A DNA stretch of 64,000 nt from Thalia democratica. Its lineage: Eukaryota. The notes under the pieces are model-generated. The model was not told the origin of the DNA, did no database searches, and saw only the letters and a list, made by a program, of their open reading frames with translations. Below are positions 30,839-43,583 of the stretch, in pieces (the stretch's first letter is position 1; the number at the start of each line of letters is the position of its first letter). Location: the NCBI GenBank assembly GCA_965202585.1, contig OZ241826.1, forward strand, positions 40,176,001 through 40,240,000, given 5' to 3'. Position numbers and translations under genes: made by a program.

Positions 30839-31274
30839 TAAGGGTCAAAATTGCACGAGTGCAAAAAATTGTACAAAAATACTACTTTTGCACGAAAAGA
30901 CAAAATTGCATGAAGACAATTTTGCACCAAGGGTCGATTTTGCACGAGTTAAAATTTTTCACGGACGAACATTTTTGCACGAGAGTAAAAAATCAAGAAA
31001 AAAAATCAATAAAAACCAAAAAAAATGAACTATCAGATATCAAAATTAATAAATAGAAAAATTAAATTGATAAAAGAAAGACTAACAAAAAATAAAGTGA
31101 CCGACCGAGGATAAGGGTTAGGGTAACAGTAATAAAAAAAAGCCTAAATTAGAAAAAAAAATTCAACCCGTGCAAAAATATCTCCCTGCAAGATTGTCTG
31201 CTCGTGCAAAATTGTCTTCGTGCAATTTTATCCCCTCGTGAAAAAGTATCTTGGTGATTTTTTTTGACGTTTAA
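30839..31274 (+). mobile_element. Foldback MITE with TTGCACG subrepeat arms (MULE-like), copy 1
   Basis: Left arm AAATTGCACG repeats, right arm CGTGCAAAA repeats, central GACCGAGGATAAGGGTTAGGGT; same family as 42500 and 47455. Confidence 0.8.
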
Positions 31275-31429
31275 GTAGCACAAGTAATACAAAAAAAAAT
31301 TATTAGTGTGAGTGTTGAGTTTTCACATTATAGTATATTAATAAACTACCCTTATAACTAACAATAAAGTCAAACGAAAACAAGTTATACAGTAATCAAC
31401 AAAGCACCCAATTTAAATCGTCCTAGACA

Positions 31430-32330
31430 ATTTACGTCCAAGACAAGACGTTTAAAGGTATTCGGTGGATGTGCGACTGAATAACAGGAAGGTTTTTCTT
31501 GCAACAGGTCCTAAGACTAAATATTGTAAGCGTCTTTTTGTCGTTCAATAAACAATAATAATTAAACTTTTTCAAATTATAACAGAGTTCTCAATATGTA
31601 TCTACACATTAATTGAATGTGAATATTACATAATCTAAAGTAGTAGTTTCTAACGTTTTATTCGGTTAGGGAAAACCTTCAGCCAAGTAACCATTACGTA
31701 GGTTGGACACAAGATAGTTACATAGAAGAAAATTTAATTATTCGTTTTAAAACCACATGCAACCTTTTTTCAGAATTGCATGTTCAGATGAAAATTACAA
31801 ACTTGGAGCTGAAAAATAAAGTGATGAAATTTTCACAATCGTTTTAAGGACTCATTAGAAATTACAGTAGTCAAATCGATTAAGTTCTACAATTCCTCAT
31901 TCACTGACGATATCTTAATCAACTCGCAGGGATTGATTTCAAACGTCTCAGTTTTTTTTTTAACATCTCGGTTCGGGGACTCTACTGAACTCATTTCAAA
32001 GAAACAGTGTTCAACGGGATCCGTCGTCAGTCAATTTTAGGAAATCAGTTCATGTGGAGATAGTTCTGGGAATTTGGATTGTGCTGGAACGATGAAACAA
32101 AGTCATTAGTCTAATGAACGCAGCTTAAACTCGAGTTTCAGCTCTTATATACATAACTTCAAGTAAAGTTTCATATATGTGGTTTCAACTTCATGTGTAT
32201 ATTCAGTTAAGGTTTCTAATTTAGAATCAGATTCCACTTCTACGGGAGTGAACAGTTGTATGAAAAAAAAAACTTAGGAGAAACAACATTTTTTACACAA
32301 GACCTGAAACTCTGTTGGTGCAGAAGATTT
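31430..32330 (-). pseudogene. Decayed ORF of an unidentified family; longest relic of the KYLVLGPG family
   Basis: Minus-strand frame with many stops and frameshifts ending LQYLVLGPVARK; last ~130 bp homologous to 10845-10965, 49300-49470, 50600-50700, 54700-54840. Confidence 0.45.
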
Positions 32331-34249
32331 TAGTGAAAAAAAAAAGATGTTTTTAAAGTTATTATTTAATTTTTACACTTATTATATACTTACAGTATAC
32401 TTCAAGTGTCATAGTTTAAAGGAGTAATTTTTATTTAGTGTTTTAATTTAGCTCGAAGTAAATAAATTTATTTATTTCTAAAACTATTGCAACTGTATTG
32501 TCAATAATTGTCCTTGTAACAGCTATAAATCAATTAACAAAACTAGTGCAATATAAATAAGTAAATGTTGAGTTTACCCTGCTGTTGTACAAATAAAATT
32601 TACAGTAAAAATAAGCGACAAAGTTTTGTTCACTATAAAGTCTGGCTTTAATGCAGTTTATTTATACAGGTCGAATGTATTTTTAGAAACTTTTATTTTT
32701 ACAACAGCTTAGGTAAATTTAACATTTTTTATTTGTTTTGCACTAGTTTTGTTTGCTTTGTTAACACATCAAAACCGACAAAACATCAACCTAAAAGAAA
32801 AACAATTTTACGCATAAAAGCTAAACAACTTCCAAAGGTCTATTTGATGTTAAAGCGGGATGTTAATGTTTTGTTAACGTAAAGCTAAATTTTGTAATAA
32901 TTTTTGATGTAAAATAACAAAACTAAAATTTAAAAAAGTTATGTCAAATATTTTCAGCATTATTAAGTAACATTCTATTAGTGCACCAGCCTTATTTTAC
33001 ACATACTGTTATTTTATGAACGTTTCAAGTAAATAAAAGTTATCATTAAGTCATTTTTTAAGCGTTTTTTACGAAAAACAATCAGCTTAAGGGCTGAAAA
33101 CTGAACTAAGTTGTAATATTTTTATATTAAGCAAAACATCACTGCTTCATTTTGGTGTTAGAACTGTCTTTGGAAAACTTAAAAAAATTAAAACTTAAAG
33201 AAAAAAGCTCATCATTATTGTACGATAACAAGTAGTGCACGATAACCGAAAGATCTGCCTATGCACTAGGTACTTATACTATATTGATGAGCGACATGTG
33301 TTTTACGGATAAATAGTTTATTTGATATAAATAAAAGGTAAATTACTTGAGTATGTTTTTTCTTTAAGTTCAGTATTTTCTGTAACAAAAAAGCATTTTC
33401 CACTTGAAATATATACACTAAGCAAAACAGTAATGCTTTTCTTAAAAACCTTCAAAACAAGAGTTTTTTTTGGTAAGTTCATGAAAAAAGCTTTAACTAC
33501 TTGTACAAATATAATTAAATGTAATATAAAATCTTTATACAAAATAAGAGTTTTCTAATACTGCATTTGCAAACTACACATCTTAGCTTAATTTACGAAA
33601 TAAAAAAATAGTTAGTTGACAAAAGTTTATTATAGCTTTAAGTACAAGTAAAATCATGAATACTATAAGGTTTTGTAAACGCTTATGATAATTTAATAAC
33701 AATATATGCTGAACTTTTTTTAAAGTTATAAAGATGTAAGTAAAATATTAAAAAGTGTTATAATCATTATGAGGAAAAAATAAATATTGAATTAAGTTTG
33801 AATCAATTGTTTCTAATTTCAGTTTTATAGTAATTTTTGCTTAAGCATATTGTTGAAAAAAATCTAAAAATATATGATGCGCTTTTGTTTTATTACACTG
33901 ATAATTCATCATGTAGGTTACAAAAAAATTTTATTGTAAATGTTTGCTTACCTTTGTACACACTTAACAAATTGCAATTTTTGAGAGATAAACTTGTTGT
34001 GTACATACACGCAATCGCTTTTATTTCAATATTATTTCATTATAGTACATCAAACATATTAAGTTCAACATGTTTCGTAAAATAATGAAAAATATCTTAT
34101 TAGTTATTTTTTAAAGAGTGGAGGTTTCATTTTTCAGTTATTTAGTAATAAAATAATAATGATGACTGTTATCAAGTAAATATTAAAACTTGCAATTATG
34201 TCGTGTTATTACGTCATAAGAGATAAAGTGTAGTGTAGTAGATAAAAAA

Positions 34250-34800
34250 TAATAAAAAGTTAATTTAAACTAACTAGGTCAAATGTTTTTGAAAACTTAG
34301 TTTACTGAAAACTTTAACTTTATTTTCAAAAAGACATATTTTTTAGTTATGTAAACAGCAAACCAGCATTATTTATACAATATTGATTAAAACAACTAAA
34401 GTTTATGACATACAAAGCTAAAAATTTAACATTAGAAATATATAAACTTGTACATCATTTAAAGAGTTTATATTTTTAAACAAAATAAAACAATAAAATG
34501 CCAGGTATTTTGATAAATGTTGGAAACTTTTCTAAAAGCATTTTATAATCTGTTTACAAATTAAGTTGAGGGATACATAATAATTCCAATAGATATTTGT
34601 TTGGTTAGTAAACATGTCAAGTTTAGTGATAATTCTATGTATTTATTTTGATTAAATTCTAAAATCCTACACTTTTTATAAGAAATGTTTATTAAACTCT
34701 GTACATGATAAGCTACTTGCCTTTTTCACATTTTTTTCTACTAATAATATAAATATGTATATAAGACATCCCAGTGTCGTTAAAGTATACTGTTAGTAAT
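34250..34800 (+). promoter_or_regulatory. Conserved upstream block of TIMP copy 1 (paralogous to ~40220-40790) with forkhead-like sites and TATA
   Basis: GTAAACA at 34351 and 34608 (counterparts GTAAACA 40339 and ACAAACA ~40597); TATATAA ~34758 and ~40738. Confidence 0.45.
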
Positions 34801-34908
34801 ATTTGTAAATAATTTCCACATGAAAAAAAAAGTGCTGAACCTAATTTGCAACTTGTAACTTTTCAGATTTGTAAGTTTAAACGATCAGTGACTTATATCT
34901 AATCAGCA

Positions 34909-37019
34909 ATGAATCTTAATGTAAAGTTCTTATTAGCGCTTACCATTATGACGATTTATTACGTCATAACAGAAGCTTGTCAATGTTCATACGTTCACCC
35001 ACAAGATAGATTCTGCATGTCTGATTTTTGTTAGTTTTTTTGCAATTAAACCAAATATGTATTTAACAATTTAAGTTATAAATATTAGTTTATGTAACGA
35101 GCACAAGAGTTTGGTAACTTTAGGTTTAAAGTTATATTACAAATTAAGTTCTTGTGAACAAAAAACTTATTGACTTTTTATATTTTTATACTTAAAACTT
35201 TTATTGTAGTTGATGTATGTTATATAAAATATAAAATGGTAGTTATTTAAAGTTTTTATAAGTTTATTTTCATGTTTTTTAAATAAAGAAAAACTAAATT
35301 GAATTTATGCTAGATGTTTAAGTATGCTGTTTTAATATTTACATCATCATTTTAAGTTTAATTCTTTTAAGAGAACAAAAGGATTCAATGTTAGCAAGGA
35401 GTGCTTCTCTCTTATTATAAATATAGACATTTAAGTTTTTTTTTTGTACTTATAAACAAAAATAAGTTTTTTTTGTAAGTAATTAAAACTTTTATCTTAA
35501 ATGAAAACTGATTTTAATATAATTTTATTTAAAACCAGCTGTCGGCATAAAAATAAAAAGAATTGATCAAGTCACGGTACTAAACAACGGTCGAAGATTT
35601 TTAAACACACCAGGTTTGAATACTTTATAGTTTATTTATTCAATTTTAATTAAAAATTCTCCATTTTTTAAAAAAGCTTAAAGTTTGGGAAAGTTAAGTT
35701 TTTTCTTGCAAGTTAAAGTTTATAAAATATGTGAGATCAAATAGTTATAAGCGTTTTTAAGCAAGCGGTAAAAATTATAGTACGTACTTGTTTTACTTTT
35801 TAGATAAATGGGTATCAATGGAACTTCACAAAAATTCTTTTAATTAAAATTCTTTTGAGTAAAAATAATAGAAAAACCACTAGAACTTTTAAATTTCTAT
35901 TAGCTTGTTAAAATTAACTAAAAAATCTATTTTCAGTTGGTTTTGGTTCTGCAAAAAATCTACAGAGTTATCCTCAGGAAATTAGATACACTGCAGTAGT
36001 TAAAGAGGTTAGTAACAAAAATAAACTGCAGAAGTTTGTTGGGCGTAATTTATACAAGCTAACTTCTTTTTACATTATAGGTTTTTAAACAAAAAGGTGA
36101 AAGCATTAGGAAAGGAAAAACATTTATTTACACGCCAAAGTTTACCGGATGTGACGTCAGTTTGAGTGCTGGTGAATACTACATCATAACTGGTAAGTAC
36201 CAACTGTGCGGCTATACAGTTTTTACTAATTAAAAAAAACCCATGTACTACCAAAAAAGCATTTTTCGTTTAAACTCAAACAATATTTTCATCAAGAAAA
36301 GTATGACATTAATAACTTTTTGTTGAGGGAAAATTACAATAGTTTAAATAAAGTATTAGTAATTTACTGAATACTCGTACAAAGCTACAGTTTACTCATG
36401 AACAAAAATTTTTCAGGACAACTAGACTCAGGCAGGTTGTTTATACCGTCTTGTACTGAGGTGGTACATTTTCCTCGTAACGCAAACAACGAACATACAA
36501 AGAAGCAGTTGCAAAGGCAGGAACTCTACAAGTATAAGTACAATCTGGCCTGCGGTAAATGCAGCTTTTGTTGGGAGGAGGAATGTTATCAGATCCCTGT
36601 TTGTTTGTTTATTTATTTATTGTCGGAATGAAGTTTTAGTTATCAAAAACCTTTAACTAAAATCCTAAAAAAATTTGCTACTTGATTTTTTTTTCCTTAG
36701 TATTTGTGTTAATTCAAAGACTACCACGTTATATTACAAAAATATTATATGTGATAAACTTTTAAAAGTTTTTTACATCTAACTTGTTTAAGACAACATG
36801 TAACTTTACAATAAAACAGAAAAAACTTTAAAATATACACAGAAAAGAAAGAGACCAAAAAACCAGTGTAGGTTACCGATAAAATGGAACAAAAAATGGA
36901 GAAAGTCGCTAGACAGTGTTTGTTTACCGAAATCAAATGGACGTTGCAGCAGAAAAGATCTAGATAATATCAAAGTTATAGATTCAGTTTGTCTTAGAAG
37001 AAAGTACAAATGCTTTTAA
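34909..37019 (+). CDS. TIMP: TIMP (tissue inhibitor of metalloproteinases) copy 1, 245 aa; exons 34909-35029, 35539-35613, 35937-36007, 36081-36192, 36417-36598, 36843-37019
   Basis: Signal peptide then CQCSYVHPQDRFCMSD; IYTP..GC, YIITG, SC, Y..ACGKC; 12 canonical Cys; phases 1,1,0,1,0; 738 nt. Confidence 0.92.
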
Positions 37020-40000
37020 CGTCTATGATATATTGTTCTACTTAGTTATCTTTCTGATTGTTTTATTTAAAATATATGTTTTTAGTAGTTTTAGTCTACA
37101 TTCTTGTATTTTTTATAAGTTGCTATATAAATAAAGGTTTTAACTGTTTGCATTATGATTTAAAAGTACAATTATACATTTTTGTTCTAAAAATATATTT
37201 TTGGTTATTTTTTTAACATATAAACTTATTTATATCTATGCTTTCGTTTTGTAATGCTTGTCTCGTTGTAAAAGAATAAAAAATAAAACTCAAAAATATT
37301 ATCGTTGTAATAATCGATAGAAGTATTAAGAGTTTATAAAAAACAGAAAAATGATAAAGTATTTGACACGCTTGACGGTAATAATTTTTTAAATTAAAAA
37401 ATTATGATGTTTAGAGTTTTCAAGTATTGATAAAAGAAATATATTGCTTTTGTTTATTAAGCAAAAATACTGCATAAATATTTTTTGTAGATGTTGTTTA
37501 AAACTCAACTATATATATATACCAGTTAAACTAACAGTTTCAAAACAAAAAAGTTGTCTTGTAAATGAAAACTTTATATTTAAATTATTCGATAGTAGAA
37601 CATATCGTAGCAAAAGTAAAACAATTTTATTAAAAAAATATACCAAAAAATCTAACTAAAGGTTTCCTAAAATATATACAATTATTCGGTAAAAAATCTC
37701 AAATATGTGAATTACTTTTTAACAACATTTGTAACAAAATATATAAAATTCAATAACGAAACAATTGTGGTAGTTTAACTATTTTTTAAGTTTCTTGAAG
37801 TAAAAATATTAAAATTATATTTTGCAATAATGATCTAATAAAATTTTCTAAATGTTAAACTTAAGCAAAAAATTCAAAAAAACAATGCAAGAACTTTATT
37901 CGAGTACAAATGTACTAGGTAAAGATTAAAGATATTCTTGTAACACATACAAAAAAAGCAGAAAATTCTTATGGATCTTTTCGAAAATTAAACGCAACCA
38001 ATATCAAAACTTAATTTTTAATTTTTGTATTGCGAAGAGTTTTCCGAAATAAATCTTTAATTTGTATAAAGTTCTAACTTTTATTGTTTTTTATAAATTA
38101 AAAAAAAAAAAAATTGATTTTGTGTTACAGTTAGTTGAAAAAAGTCGGTAAAAATATAGCACTGTGTGAAAAAATGCCACTTATTATAAAATATAAATAC
38201 TCTTTATGAGTTAAATTCTTTTTAACAAAATTATTGAGTCCTATCATCAAAACAGTACAAAGAAAATAGTTTTTGTCTCTGTAAAAAAAGTTGTGGCGAT
38301 TAAATATTTTTAGTTGAATAAAAAAAAAATACAGCAAATATATAACTGAGTATGTGACCTTTAAACATATTTTATTTTATCGCATTGATTACCTTTGGTA
38401 AATAAAGCACTTACGCTGAAATAGATACAAGAACACTCTAGTAGGCCATGCAAATAGATAAATTAGTACAAAAGTTATTGAAAAGAAGCTTCAAATGAAA
38501 GCTGTTAAACAGCTACGTTTCAACATTAAGTATTTCACAATTGATAAACTTAATTGTTTTAGAAAGTTCTCAGTATTCGGTTAAGTAATTGTGTTTCTCA
38601 AAATGTATTTTAAGTTAATGATGTTAAAAAACTATGATACAACTTATTTTAAATTACTCATGCAGATAACTTTTTATAATTGAATTAGTTTTCAAAAAGT
38701 AACGTATTTTCTTTGCTAATTTTTTCTTTGCATTTTTGCAAGTAAACATTCTACTGAATACAAATCTCTGTTCTGATACTTTACTTTAAGACTTGAAAAC
38801 TACTTGTATTAAATTCCTACATTTTAAGCTTACTTATTTCATGTAACAAAAAAAATACTTAGAAGATAGCAGCAAAATAGTCAATAAGTGTTTAAGTTTT
38901 TTTTTTCATAAAAAAACATGAGAAAATAAGTATTAGATTTTGAAAATCTGTTTGTATCGTTTGTTATTTGACAATAATTTTATTAAATTTTCAGTATGAT
39001 AAAAAATCGTTATTACTCTGAGAAGCCCTGTAAAAACATGACAAGTTCAAGTTATGAATCATACGTTTAAAAACAATCTTCAGTTTTAATAAGCTTTTTA
39101 ATTAATATTGTGTAAACTATAAGCTCTAACCTTTCGTAAAATATTTTCTTATAAATTTTTAGTATGTTTATTGAAAACTTTGCTTAGTAAAAAGTAATAT
39201 AAGCATAACATAAGTAAACTATTACATTTTAATTTGTTCTACAAACCTTAATATACATTTATTTCAAACAATTAAATTATAATAAAAATATTTAAAAAAA
39301 GAACCGAGAGTAGATCTAAGTTTTATTTCATAAGTTTTGATATAGCAATTTAAAAACAAACATCATTTAGTAAAACAGTTTAAATTCGCTGTATAAACTG
39401 TATTACAAACTTTATACAAAACTTTAACTGAAGATAAAAGTTTCCAAATTATGTTAAATAAACTAAAATATAGAGAAAAATGTAACTTTTTCCATTTAAC
39501 TCACAAAGTATGATAAAGCATGTGTATGTTAAGCAACCGAATGTTAATTAAAACTGTTAAAAGTATCAACTTACAATACTTCAAAGTTCTATATTTATGA
39601 CAGTTTAAAAAACAGTATAATTTATCTACAGCAACACTTTTAAAAATGTTTAAGTATTAATAAGTACATTTGTATATAAATCAAAACTTTGAGTTTAATT
39701 TTTAATAAAATACTTACTTTTAAACCAGACCAAAACAAAAATAACAAAAAAACATAATTCACAAAGGTTGACGGTTTAAACTTGTATTAAGTATTTGTTC
39801 CACTCTACAATTTTATAAGTTTGTTTAAAAAATTTTATTTCTGTTCAAAGTACTAATATAAACAATATTTTTATTACTTTTAATGAATAAAATGCTTTGG
39901 TAAAGATTAAAATGTTTTAGTTTTATAAAATTACAAACAATATTGATTGAAACCAAGTTTATAATACTTCGACTAAATACACAATAATTTTATGTTTTTT

Positions 40001-40908
40001 TATCCTTAGCATTTGTGATGTTGAAAAATGTTAAAGTACAAAAGTGTACAAAAATGTAAAAATACAAAGTTAAAGTAATTTTTGAGTAATTTATTTTCAA
40101 TTGTCTAGTTTTATTAAAGTTTTCTAAAATCCTAGTACAATTAGTCAACTACTAAAAACTTTTACATAAACTAAGATTTTTGTCATTACTTACCGTTAAA
40201 CTACAGAATAAGTAATAAATATTGTGTTTTAATTAACTAGGTGAAATGTTATAGTTTTTGAAAACTTAGTTTACTGTAAATTCTTATCACTTTGTGTTTT
40301 ACCAAAAATAAACAAAAGCCAGACATATTATCAGCTATGTAAACAGCGATCCAGCTTTATATAAATATTATTAGTAAAAAATTAACCCTTGAATCTAAAA
40401 AGGTAAAAGTTTAACATAAGAAACATTCGTTGGTTAAAAAAATATAAACTTGTAAATAAATTAAAAAAACTATTAGTTTAAATAAAAAATAGTAGATTAA
40501 GTTAATATGTATACAATATATAATACATATATTATTTCATTTAAAGAATATAAACTGACGGATACATAAACGTTTTAATCGATATTTGTTTGGTTAACAA
40601 ACATGTCAGGTTTGATGTTAACTATAAGTTATTGTGTTGATCTAATTTTAAAAACGGATATACTCTATTATAAATGTTTATTTACCTCTGTACATAGTTG
40701 AATACCTGCCTTTTTCACAAAAAAATATATTACAAATATATATAAGGTTCATTTCAATGCGGTTTAAATACATACATTGGTAATATTATTCATGCATATT
40801 GTCTATATTAAAAAGTATCATAAATTGTTACTTTTTCAATTTGCACTAAACATTTTAATTTTTCTTTTTTATAGTTTTTAATCATCCGTTACCGGTATCT
40901 TATAAGCT

Positions 40909-43583
40909 ATGAATCTTAATGTCAAGTTCATATTATCACTTACGATTATGACATTTTATTACGTCATAACAGAAGCTTGTCAATGTTCTTACGTTCACCC
41001 ACAAGATAAATTCTGCATGTCTGATTTTTGTTAGTTTTTTTCCTAGTTATTATTGCGTTTAAATCATTTGTATATTTAATTAACATTTAAGTATATCTGA
41101 AAAAAATCTAAAGTTTGTTCAAGTAACAAGTACATAAATTTAATGACTTGGAGGTAAAAAGTTTGTTAGTAGCTATTTGTATATTTTTTAAAAAGGATTA
41201 TTTAAAACTAGTTTTCCATGTAATAATAAAATAATTGGTTGCAAAAAATACTTTATGATCTTGTACAAACAGTTGTTCATGTCTTAAATTCATAAAGCAC
41301 TTTTTAAATAAATGTTATTTTCTAACAGGTGTTCATGTTCAAGTAGAAAATTCGGCTAAAGTGAACTTTGTTAATAGAAAAAAGACTATTGCTCCAGGTA
41401 TAAAAATCCTGATTACTTGCCATTGTTTTTTTTTCAATTTTAGGATTTTGATTATTTTTCTTTTTTTGTAGAGAAAGTATCGTAAAGTTTAAAAATCATA
41501 ATTTTATTTATTAGTTAATTTAACGTATAAAGAAAAAAAAAACAATTTTGTTTTGAATTAAAATTTTTTGTTTGTTGGGATTAGAGTATTTTACTTAAAA
41601 ACTAGAATATATTACACAGTATAACTTTAAAACTAGTTTATTAAATTAACTTGAATGTGCAATTTTTGAAAAAGAGCCTAATGACCTTACGTAAAAACAA
41701 AAGTGCACAAACAAAAATTTTAAATTAAAACTAAAGCTTTTTTTTTAGTTAGTTTTAGTGGAAAAAGACTTGAATCTTATGAATATCCTCATGAAATTGA
41801 ATACACAGTAGAAATACTAGAGGTTAGTTATTAAAAATTCTATTTTGAAAATAATGCAATAAAATAATAACTTATGCAGATTTTCAAACAAAAAGGTGTT
41901 AGTATTCAACTAGGAATGGGTTATATTTACACTCCAAAAAGTGTTGGCTGTGGCCTTTATTTAAAAATTGGCAAAAAATATATTGTGTGTGGTAAGTATT
42001 TTTTATTAAGATATCTTAAATGTATTCTATTTAACTTCAGTAAATTTTATAAAAAAGTTAACTTTGGATATTGTTTCTAAACTCATTTTTTTTCAAAATT
42101 TTTCTTATTTAAAAATTACTGTTTAATTATAATTTAAATTTTTTTAATGTCTAAAAATCGCGTATGAGTAAATTTAAAACTCACAAATAACTAAACTAAA
42201 ACAAAACTTTAACTGAATCAAATTTATAATTATTTTAAAGGTAAAGTAGATAGAGGCAGGCTGTACACACCAGTTTGCACTGAAGTATTAAAAATGCCAC
42301 AAGAAATACAGTTTGAACAGGAAAAACAGCAAATAAATAACTACCGGCACAGATACGCTCGGGCGTGCGGTAAATGCAGCTTCTGTTCGAAGTACGAATG
42401 CTATCAAACCCCTGTTAGTTTTTTATCTTAAATAAAATTTAAGCATTTTTTTCTTTTTTAAATTTATTATTGTTTTTTACTGCCGAATGTAGTTAGATTG
42501 GGAACGGGTCAAAATTGCACGAGACAAAATTACACGAGGTTACTGAATTGCACGAGGGGACAAATTTGAACGAAGACAATTTTGCACCAAGGGTCAACTT
42601 TTCATAAGCTAAAATTTGCACGGAGTGTTATTTTTGAACAATAGAAAAAAATAAAAATAAAATACATAAAAAAAAAAAAATAAAAGATAGAAATTGATTA
42701 GAAAAAAATTTAAAGTTACTGACCGAGGGTAAGGGTTACGGGTAAGAGTGACAGTAAAAAAAAAACAATTAATATAAAAAAAAAAAAAATGAATAAATAA
42801 AAATTAATTAATTAAAAGGAAAAAATAAGCTACCGACCGATGGTAAGGGTTAGAGGTAACAGTGATGGTAAAAAATAAACTAATTAAAAAAAAAATAACT
42901 AATAAAAAAGAAAAGAACATAACTTACCGATTGAGGGTAAGGGTGAGGGGTTACAGTTATAATAAAATAAAAGAAATAAAAAAACAACTAATATAAAAAA
43001 AAAAATTAAAAAAAAAACTCAACCCGTGCAAAAATGTCTCCGTGCAAAATTTTCTGCTCGTGCAAAAGAGTCTTCGTGCAATTTAGTCCCCTCGTGCAAA
43101 AGTGTCTTCGTGCAAAAGTATTTTCGTGCAGTTTTGTATGCTTGTGCAAATTTGACACCTACCCAGTTAGAATCGTTTAAAAATATCAAAGTTTGTTTTT
43201 ATGTCTTTTTATTCAAAACACTAGTGCAGAGTTGGTAAAATGCTAATAGTTACTATGCCAATTCAGCAATGAAGCGTATAAACTTTGGTTTGTTTTAAGT
43301 AAGTAATTTCACGCTTGAGTAAACAAAGCAGAGCTTTTTAACATGTCTGCACTAGTGTAACAAAAAATTTTAAAAGTAGTACTATACACTATAGAGTTTA
43401 TCCTTTTTTGCATTTAGTTTACCGAAAATGAGTTTCTAGAAACGGAGAAGATCAAAACATCAGTGCAGGATACCAAGAAAATGGGACAAATGGAGCAGAA
43501 AAGCACTAGACAGTGTTTGTTTACCAAAACCTAATGGGCATTGCAGCAGAAGAGAGGTGTTGAAAACTCAACCACAACCTTAA
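40909..43583 (+). CDS. TIMP: TIMP copy 2, 230 aa; exons 40909-41029, 41329-41397, 41749-41822, 41880-41991, 42241-42413, 43440-43583
   Basis: Same exon phases as copy 1; near-identical exon 1; 12 canonical Cys plus 2 extra; 693 nt. Confidence 0.92.
42500..43164 (+). mobile_element. Foldback MITE (MULE-like), copy 2, in last intron of TIMP copy 2
   Basis: Inverted subrepeat arms; 9-bp near-perfect TSD AGTTAGATT (42491-42499) / AGTTAGAAT (43165-43173). Confidence 0.88.

Noticed and set aside
30822-31056. Short ORFs 30822-31056 and 43026-43238
   Set aside because: Fall inside foldback MITE subrepeats
35814-35860. Alternative TIMP copy 1 exon after an AG near 35813
   Set aside because: In-frame TAA; no counterpart in copy 2
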